DNA from: Chitinophagales bacterium
Lineage (GTDB): Bacteria; Bacteroidota; Bacteroidia; Chitinophagales; BACL12
Assembly (NCBI GenBank): GCA_020636645.1
Contig: JACJXO010000002.1
Span: 99,375-163,374, forward strand
Direction of reading: 5' to 3'
Length of the DNA: 64,000 nt
This document shows, one piece after another, positions 16,555 to 23,475 of this stretch. Position 1 is the first letter of the stretch; every line of letters begins with the position of its first letter. A program made the position numbers and the translations under genes. A model generated the notes under the pieces. That model did not search any database. It saw nothing but the letters and a program-made list of their open reading frames with translations, and was not told the DNA's origin.

Positions 16555-19014
16555 ATGAAACGTATTATTCAACTCGTGGTTATCGCACTGCTGATGTCTT
16601 CGGCAGCGATGGCCCAAACCTACAATATCACCTTCCGGGTGGATATGAATGAAGTAGGTGATGCTTTCACCACACCGGAGGTGAACGGCACCTTCAATGG
16701 CTGGTGCGGTGGCTGTGCGCCAATGTCTGACGGCGATGGCGACGGTATCTGGGAACTCACCATTCCACTCGCAGCCGGATTTTATGAATACAAATTTGCT
16801 TATGATTCCTGGGCAGGCTCTGAGTCTCTGATCCCGGGTAGTTCCTGTACCATCACCACAGGTGAATTCACCAACCGTGCACTGGACGTAACCGGCGATG
16901 CTACCCTCGATGCGGTTTGCTGGGGAAGCTGCCTGAGCTGTTCAGATATCATCACTTATGCGGTAACTTTTTCAGTAGATATGAACGAAGTGGCCGGCCC
17001 TTTCACTACACCTGAAGTGAACGGTAGCTGGGACGGATGGTGCGGTGGTTGTACCCCGCTGTCTGATCCTGATGGCGACGGTATCTGGTCCACTACCAAA
17101 ATGCTGGAACCCGGTTACTATGAATATAAGTTTGCATACGACAGCTGGTCTGGTGATGAGTCTCTGACCCCCGGCGATCCTTGTACAGTTACTACAGACA
17201 TTTTCACCAACAGATTCATCAACGTGTCTGATGATGCAGATCTGGGCGTGGTATGCTGGGCCAGCTGTGAGGCTTGTGAAACCATTGGCCTCGAACAAAT
17301 GGACCTTCCTGTAACATTCGAAGATGCTGGTGTAGATTACGGTGTCATCGGATTTGAAGGCGCTGAAGCTTCTTCCATTGTAACCGATCCTACCGATGCT
17401 TCCAACACAGTCGTGCAGGTCATCAAATCTGCTTCCGCTATGCCCTGGGCAGGTACTACCGTAACCAATGCCGCTGAAGAAGGATTCGCTACACCGATTC
17501 CTTTTACCGCAGAAAATACACAGATGACCGTTCGGGTCTGGAGTCCCGATGCAGGTATTCAGGTACGTCTGAAAGTGGAAGATCACCTGGATCCTACCCA
17601 CTCTGTAGAGACCGAAGCAACCAGCACCGTTGCCGGCGACTGGGAAACGCTGACCTTTAACTTCAGCAATGAAGCTCCCGGTACAGCAGAACTCAACCTG
17701 GCTTATACTTTTGACAAGGCTTCCATCTTCTTCAACTTTGGCGTAGATGGAGCTACTGCAGGTGAAAAGACCTACTATTTTGATGACATCTATTTTGCAG
17801 AAGGCGGTGGCGCTTCTTCCTATACTGTTACTTTCTGGGTGGATATGAATGAGGTGCTGGCACCTTTTACCACTCCTGAAGTGAACGGCAGCTGGGATGG
17901 CTGGTGTGGTGGTTGTACCCCGATGGAAGATCCTGACGGCGACAATATCTGGACCGCTACCAAGGTGCTGGATGCAGGTTATTATGAGTACAAGTTTGCC
18001 TATGACAGCTGGACAGGAAGTGAAACCCTGACTCCCGGCGATCCCTGTACCGTGACCACCGATATCTTTACCAACCGGTTTATCAATGTGTCAGAAGATA
18101 CCGAACTGGGCGTGGTTTGCTGGGAAAGCTGCGAAGCCTGTACCGGAGAAGAACCGGTCATGATCACCTTCTCTGTGAACATGAATACAGTGGCAGATCC
18201 TTTCACTACACCTGAAGTGAACGGCAGCTGGGATGGCTGGTGCGGCGGTTGTACCCCGATGGAAGATCCTGATGGCGACGGTATCTGGACCGCAACCAAA
18301 ATGCTTTCTCCCGGTTACTACGAATACAAGTTTGCTTATGACAGCTGGACAGGACAGGAAAACCTGACCCCCGGCGATCCCTGTACTGTGACCACAGATA
18401 TCTTCACCAACCGCTTCATTGATGCAGTTGCTGATGAAGTGCTGCCAGTGGTTTGCTGGGAAAGCTGTGAGAACTGTGCAGAAGATTGTAACGCACCGGT
18501 TGATGTAGTGGTAACAGATATCACCTCTTCAGGGGCTACCATTTCCTGGACCGGAACATCCGGTGCTGATCAGTACCTGATCACCCTGGCTGATTTTGCA
18601 GCTGGTACCAGCGGTAAACAACGCACAGGTCCTGCAACTACCTTTGTAATAGAGGATATGCTGGCTCCTTCCACTGAATATTCTATTCGTATCAAATCTA
18701 TCTGCTACGACCTCGGTTTGCGTTCAGAACCTTCAGAAACCGTGTATTTCACCACCGCACCTATGCGTTCAGGTGGCGAATTTCACTCTGCAGTGTATCC
18801 GAACCCTACTGCTGGAAATCTGCAGGTACAAACCAACCTCAGCGGCACTGTCATGCTGACCGTAACAGGAATGACCGGTCAGTTGCTGATGAGCACCATT
18901 ATCGAAGCCGGTAGCACTTCTCTTGATCTGAGCATGTTTGCAGATGGTCTGTATATGATCCGTCTGGATAACGGACAGTCTTCAGAGATCTTTACCGTTT
19001 CACTGAACAGATAA
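16555..19014 (+). CDS. T9SS-secreted protein: 2 Cys-repeat domains, then a CBM-like beta-sandwich insert, then 2 more Cys-repeat domains, then Fn3, then a T9SS CTD.
   Basis: Same six-cysteine repeat seen four times. Insert domain (about aa 246-420: DLPVTFEDAG...WAGTT...VWSPDAG...FNFG...YYFDDIYF) resembles galactose-binding-like CBMs. Fn3 (VVVTDITSSGATISWTG). CTD (AVYPNPTAGNLQVQ...). Confidence 0.8.
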   Translation: MKRIIQLVVIALLMSSAAMAQTYNITFRVDMNEVGDAFTTPEVNGTFNGWCGGCAPMSDGDGDGIWELTIPLAAGFYEYKFAYDSWAGSESLIPGSSCTITTGEFTNRALDVTGDATLDAVCWGSCLSCSDIITYAVTFSVDMNEVAGPFTTPEVNGSWDGWCGGCTPLSDPDGDGIWSTTKMLEPGYYEYKFAYDSWSGDESLTPGDPCTVTTDIFTNRFINVSDDADLGVVCWASCEACETIGLEQMDLPVTFEDAGVDYGVIGFEGAEASSIVTDPTDASNTVVQVIKSASAMPWAGTTVTNAAEEGFATPIPFTAENTQMTVRVWSPDAGIQVRLKVEDHLDPTHSVETEATSTVAGDWETLTFNFSNEAPGTAELNLAYTFDKASIFFNFGVDGATAGEKTYYFDDIYFAEGGGASSYTVTFWVDMNEVLAPFTTPEVNGSWDGWCGGCTPMEDPDGDNIWTATKVLDAGYYEYKFAYDSWTGSETLTPGDPCTVTTDIFTNRFINVSEDTELGVVCWESCEACTGEEPVMITFSVNMNTVADPFTTPEVNGSWDGWCGGCTPMEDPDGDGIWTATKMLSPGYYEYKFAYDSWTGQENLTPGDPCTVTTDIFTNRFIDAVADEVLPVVCWESCENCAEDCNAPVDVVVTDITSSGATISWTGTSGADQYLITLADFAAGTSGKQRTGPATTFVIEDMLAPSTEYSIRIKSICYDLGLRSEPSETVYFTTAPMRSGGEFHSAVYPNPTAGNLQVQTNLSGTVMLTVTGMTGQLLMSTIIEAGSTSLDLSMFADGLYMIRLDNGQSSEIFTVSLNR
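16612..17290 (+). repeat. 2 x roughly 340-bp coding repeat units (gene 2, repeats 1-2).
   Basis: Same repeat family as 14968-15975. Confidence 0.7.
17815..18490 (+). repeat. 2 x roughly 338-bp coding repeat units (gene 2, repeats 3-4).
   Basis: Same repeat family. Repeat 3 is nearly identical at protein level to repeat 2 across the insert. Confidence 0.7.
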
Positions 19015-19019
19015 GTAAA

Positions 19020-19049
19020 TTCGGGGGTGCCTGACACCCCCGAATTTTT
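19020..19049 (+). terminator. Intrinsic terminator after gene 2 (TTCGGGGGTG-cctga-CACCCCCGAA-TTTTT).
   Basis: 10-bp stem, 5-nt loop, T5 tail. Confidence 0.7.
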
Positions 19050-19061
19050 AAACACATATAT

Positions 19062-20051
19062 ATGAGAAAACTTAAAACATTATTTCTGGCAGGTCTGTGT
19101 TCTGTTGGCATATTGTCAGCACAGACCTATGATGTGCTCTTCATTGTTGATATGAATGAAGTAGCAGATCCGTTCACCACACCTGAAGTGAATGGCACTT
19201 TCAACGTCTGGTGTGGAGGTTGTGCTCCTATGAGTGATGATAACGGAGACAATATCTGGGAACTGACCATCCCCCTGGATGCAGGTACATATGAATATAA
19301 ATTCGCCTATGACACCTGGACCGGACAGGAATCACTTACACCCGGTGATGAGTGCACCCTGACCACAGATATCTTCACCAACCGATTGCTGGTTGTGTCT
19401 GAAGACATGGAACTGGATACTGTTTGCTGGGGAAGCTGCGATGCTTGTGAAGATGTACTGCCCTCCTATACGGTTACCTTCAGAGTAGATATGAGTCAGG
19501 TAACTGATACCTATACGACACCTGAGGTAAACGGAACATTCAATGACTGGTGCGGTGGTTGTGCTCCTATGGCAGACGATGATGCTGATGATATATGGGT
19601 GCTGGATATCGTGCTGGAGCAAGGCTCCTATGAGTACAAGTTTGCCTATGATGCATGGACAGGTCAGGAAGAACTGACTGAAGGCGATGCCTGTACCATC
19701 ACTACCGATGCATTCACGAACAGGGCGCTTGACGTCAGTTCTGATACGGTACTCACAGCGGTTTGCTGGGGATCATGCGATGAATGTGTGACAATACCTG
19801 AGGCCATTGAAAATGTTACGTCAAACTTGTCTGTATTTCCTAACCCGGCCAGTGAACAGATATTCATTAGTGGTTTGCCTGCTTCCGGAATTGTTCAGCT
19901 GTTTAACAGTCTGGGTCAGCCGGTCCGTTCAGAGCAAATTACATCAGTATCTGGCAGTATTTCTGTTGTAGGACTTTCCGCCGGGGTCTACACCATACAG
20001 GTGCAGGATCAGGACGGTCAAATACAGAGCAGCATTATATTGATACGGTAA
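19062..20051 (+). CDS. T9SS-secreted protein with 2 diverged copies of the six-cysteine repeat domain plus a T9SS CTD.
   Basis: Signal peptide. Two repeats (WCGGCAPMSDDNGDNIW..YEYKFAYD.WTGQE). CTD (LSVFPNPASEQIFISGL...IILIR). Confidence 0.8.
   Translation: MRKLKTLFLAGLCSVGILSAQTYDVLFIVDMNEVADPFTTPEVNGTFNVWCGGCAPMSDDNGDNIWELTIPLDAGTYEYKFAYDTWTGQESLTPGDECTLTTDIFTNRLLVVSEDMELDTVCWGSCDACEDVLPSYTVTFRVDMSQVTDTYTTPEVNGTFNDWCGGCAPMADDDADDIWVLDIVLEQGSYEYKFAYDAWTGQEELTEGDACTITTDAFTNRALDVSSDTVLTAVCWGSCDECVTIPEAIENVTSNLSVFPNPASEQIFISGLPASGIVQLFNSLGQPVRSEQITSVSGSISVVGLSAGVYTIQVQDQDGQIQSSIILIR
19122..19795 (+). repeat. 2 x roughly 337-bp coding repeat units (gene 3).
   Basis: Same family, more diverged. 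Confidence 0.65.
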
Positions 20052-20069
20052 TAACGTTCAGTTTGTTTG

Positions 20070-20097
20070 AAAGACGGCCGGAAGGCCGTCTTTGTTT
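20070..20097 (+). terminator. Intrinsic terminator after gene 3 (AAGACGGCC-ggaa-GGCCGTCTT-TGTTT).
   Basis: 9-bp stem, 4-nt loop, T-rich tail, about 20 bp past the stop. Confidence 0.65.
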
Positions 20098-20443
20098 GGC
20101 GACTATATACCTAATGGGAACAGCTTTGTAAGGCGTTAATATACAGCAATTTACACAGGTAATTAGCTGACCTGATTAGGTTTGTCTAAGAAATTTTTGA
20201 GAATAGCCTAAGTAATTTGTTCGGCTAAGACTGAATTTGAGGCGATTTCAGTTAATGGGGGTTAACTGATTGCGAGCTGTGAAACAATAGTTAACAAGTT
20301 CTAAATACAATTATTCTTGCATTATTGAAACAATCTAGTTTATTTGCAGTTAACTTTGTAAAACTAAGTGGACTTGGGGTCACTCTAAAACTGCCTTAAG
20401 TGGACCGCATGGAATTAATGGAAGAATTTATTGAGGGGCGAAG

Positions 20444-20515
20444 ACCGCATGGTGAGAATCGAACCCACATCTCCAGATTAGCAGTCTGGTGTTCTATCCG
20501 TTGAACTACATGCAG
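20444..20515 (-). tRNA. 72-nt class-I (short variable arm) tRNA whose anticodon loop CUGCUAA reads anticodon GCU. The isotype is anomalous: GCU is Ser, but there is no long variable arm and the acceptor pair is C1:G72.
   Basis: Hand fold of the reverse complement. Acceptor CTGCATG/CATGCGG (one G-U pair). D arm GTTC-AACGGATA-GAAC. Anticodon arm CCAGA-CTGCTAA-TCTGG. Variable loop AGAT. T arm GTGGG-TTCGATT-CTCAC. Discriminator T. Confidence 0.7.
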
Positions 20516-20703
20516 AATAGAAAGTAGGGGGGTCTAAATGATCCCCTTTTTTTCACCCCTTGCTTGTTGGGTGATCCATCTATTCAAATCTTCGCCTCAT
20601 CTTAAGGCACACAAATTTATCGAATTTTTTGTACCTAATCTCTTAAGATGTTTGTTGGAGGGCCCAATTTAAGTCGTGTTAATTCTTCACCAAATTCAAC
20701 TTA

Positions 20704-20913
20704 TTTATGATATTCTGGGGCTTCATACTGCTCCCTCCTGCCTACGGCTGCGCTGACTATGATGTAGTCTTTGCCCACTTCTAAGGCCTTGACGGTGCGC
20801 TCTCCCTTTTCCGGATGGTGTAGGCGTACTTCTGTGAGTTCTGGGTGCGGGGTGTTAAAGGCAGCGTCTATGACCTGCTCAAAGTCTCCGTGGATCTTCA
20901 GCTTCTTTTTCGT
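20704..20913 (-). pseudogene. Orphan 3' gene fragment (about 68 codons, no start codon), high GC, stranded between AT-rich segments. Remnant of a gene disrupted by island insertion.
   Basis: Minus-strand frame ...TKKKLKIHGDFEQVIDAAFNTPHPELTEVRLHHPEKGERTVKALEVGKDYIIVSAAVGRREQYEAPEYHK* bounded upstream by a stop with no ATG. GC is about 55%, against about 35% in the flanks. Confidence 0.45.
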
Positions 20914-20952
20914 ATTTCTTTGGTCGTTCTGCCATTATCTCCAACACTTGAT

Positions 20953-21615
20953 TTATTCAATGTATACCCATGATGGAGGGATTTCATAGCTAATTTCATC
21001 ATTTCCAATAATATTATCCATAATGGAACTGCGAAACTTACCCTCGTTATTCTCCAAACGTTTAGCTTTTTTCCGAACAAATCGATTCAGATCAAAACTG
21101 TTTCTTCTAGGTGGGAAAAAAATTTTTATTCTTTTATTAGGATAGTTTCTCCTTATAAACTCTAACGGTGGTACTAGGTCACTATCTGCAGAAATTAGTA
21201 CAATTAAATCAACATTGTCGAAAACACAGTCTTCAATTAGATTAACTGAAATATTAACATCAGTTCTTTTTTCCTCTCTTAAATCAAACTCCTGGTGGCA
21301 ACCTCCAATAGCATTACATTTAACCGTCTTAGTATAATACTTACCGTAAATCACCCTCAATAAATCGTTATTGACAAATCTGTTCGCATTAAAGAATGTT
21401 GTTTGCCTACTTGCTTTATTTGGATCAAGGGGCATGGCTGTGAAGTATTTCACACATACTAATTCATGAATATTTGGATCTAGAAATGATCTACAAAACC
21501 CCACTAAATCAATCCAATAGTACTGCTGCCAACGGGCATGTATTTTCGCCTTGGCTGTCCTTAAGCCATAGTAAAAATTGAATCCGTCAATATAGAATAT
21601 AGTTCTTAGTTGCAT
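20953..21615 (-). CDS. NYN-domain (PIN-like, LabA/DUF88-type) predicted ribonuclease.
   Basis: IDGFNFYYG...DVNISVNLIEDCVFDNVDLIVLISADSDLVPPLEF: acidic residues on an alternating beta/alpha pattern, typical of NYN. AT-rich codon usage. Confidence 0.6.
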   Translation of the reverse strand: MQLRTIFYIDGFNFYYGLRTAKAKIHARWQQYYWIDLVGFCRSFLDPNIHELVCVKYFTAMPLDPNKASRQTTFFNANRFVNNDLLRVIYGKYYTKTVKCNAIGGCHQEFDLREEKRTDVNISVNLIEDCVFDNVDLIVLISADSDLVPPLEFIRRNYPNKRIKIFFPPRRNSFDLNRFVRKKAKRLENNEGKFRSSIMDNIIGNDEISYEIPPSWVYIE

Positions 21616-21739
21616 AAAAAAACCGCCTGTATGTCGGCGGCAAACTAACCGAGTTACCAGTTAGCGAGGTTATACTGCAAATCTAACGTCCAACTAGACA
21701 AAAACGCAAAAATTTAACACTTATTTTCATACTATTTGC

Positions 21740-22600
21740 ATTTAACTTGCTAATTATCAAGTAATTAAATCAATATTTCTGAGCCGGGCATTGCCTACTC
21801 TCTCCAATACCTTGTCGAAGCGTTCGGTATCTGTGGCATTGCGGGTGTTGTACCTATATTCAAATTCATGGCAGTACTTCTGCAGGTGCTTCGGGCTGAC
21901 ATAATGGTAGATGCCAATAATACCCCTCTTCAACAGGCTGAACGCCCCCTCTATGGTGTTGATATGGACATTACCCCTGACATACTCTCCCCGACCATGT
22001 GCTACGCTGTCCACAAGATAGAGCCTGTGCGATGGCCGATAACCACTGTATTCGTCAGTATGTAGAATAGCCCCTGGCTTGACGTTGGCGAGGACAAACT
22101 CTCTCATATTCTTGGCCAATGCACGTTCTACCTGTAAATACCTGATCTCTCCCTTTCTCTCCAATGCACCCAATACATGCGTTTTCTTGTTCACCCATTT
22201 AGGGCCGTCAGTGTTCGGGTATTCTTTCGGAACTTGCCGTGCTTGTTGCTTTCTTTTCCTCCTATATAGGTTTCATCTAATTCCACGTCTTCGGTCAGGA
22301 GTTCGGCTGCATTTGTTCCTAACATAGTCCTGATGCGGTGCAGAATGAACCAAGCTGTTTTCTGAGTTACTCCCAGGTCACAGCTTAGCTGCAAACTGCT
22401 GATACCCGTCTAAGCCCCTGTCCTTAAACCTTGTCTTGGTCCGGTAATAGTGTTCACTCCCGCAATGCGGACACTCTGGCTTGCCATTCCATCGCTTCAG
22501 CTCCAAATACTCAAAACAAACCCGCTCATTGTGGAAGTGCTTTTGTAGCTGTAATAATGTCTTAAATTTAGTCATGGCTCAGGCTTTTAGTCACAAATAA
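21740..22600 (-). mobile_element. IS1595-family insertion sequence remnant. The transposase is split into three consecutive ORFs by frameshifts. Terminal inverted repeats not identified.
   Basis: ORFs 22378-22575 (Zn-finger CPHCGSEHYY), 22191-22394 (HTH-like) and 21757-22194 (DDE core ...HTDEYSGY...HINTIEGAFSLLKR...) together reconstitute an IS1595/ISXO2-like transposase. Confidence 0.65.
21757..22575 (-). pseudogene. IS1595-family transposase, frameshifted into 3 ORFs.
   Basis: See the mobile_element entry. Adjacent ORFs overlap by 4 and 17 bp in different frames. Confidence 0.6.
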
Positions 22601-22629
22601 ATCTATTCCCAATAAATACCTAAATTACA

Positions 22630-23142
22630 ATGAATGATTTTTACCACTTCATGAGTAGTGGCCATCCAAATGCAGTGCAAATCAATAGAATAATTGACTC
22701 TATCAGGGGTCGCTACATTAGTATTTTCACAATACTTGAAGGATCAATTGATAGAGTAATTGCAGGGTATTATGCTCCAACAAAAACAAAAAGAGATCAT
22801 CTTTTGACAAACCTTCTCGGACACCGATTCTGTTCCTTTGAATTAAAGTCATCTGTTCTAACAGAAATCCTTAAAGACTCAGGAATTGAAGGATATAAAG
22901 CCAAGCTGTCTGGTTTAGCTCAATTAAGAAATGCCCTTGCACATAGACCTATATATGCAATAGGGGAATTTACAGAAGACCCGAACGAACTATTTTACTA
23001 TATACCATCATATCAAATGAATTACGAACACAATTTAAGGTTAGAGTCAATCAAGTATGAGCTAACTGAAGAAAACTTTAATGAGTATAGCGAGAAAACA
23101 TTAGAAATAGCAAAAATGCTAGACCAGTTTGTTTCCAAATAA
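22630..23142 (+). CDS. HEPN-like / Abi-type (AbiD/AbiF-like) hypothetical protein.
   Basis: Helical 170-aa protein with an R-x4-H HEPN-type motif (LRNALAHRP). AT-rich. Lies in a mobile context. Confidence 0.4.
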   Translation: MNDFYHFMSSGHPNAVQINRIIDSIRGRYISIFTILEGSIDRVIAGYYAPTKTKRDHLLTNLLGHRFCSFELKSSVLTEILKDSGIEGYKAKLSGLAQLRNALAHRPIYAIGEFTEDPNELFYYIPSYQMNYEHNLRLESIKYELTEENFNEYSEKTLEIAKMLDQFVSK

Positions 23143-23475
23143 AAAACGGTATCACCTTGCCGCCTTTGGATTTGGTAATACCGTCTCGCTGAAAGCTGAA
23201 TATGCCTATTCCCTTTCAACTCCCCCACAGAGAAAACCTTCTGATAGCCCCCCTGTTCAGAACGAGGACAACAAATGTACCCATTATGTATATAGTTAAT
23301 AAATTATTAGGTGTTCTTCAAATATTTCTTAGATAGACTTAATCTGTTACGGTTGCAACCTCCGAGCATGCTGTATATAAATATCTTGTAAGGCTATTCC
23401 CAATAATGATATAGGTTCGTAAAAGAGAAGAATAAAATTAATATAGTATATTCGCAAAATCTAAATACAGTATAT

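Noticed and set aside
21700-22620. Intact IS1595 element with terminal inverted repeats.
   Set aside because: The transposase is broken into three frames. No convincing terminal inverted repeats could be identified by eye, so it is called only as a remnant.
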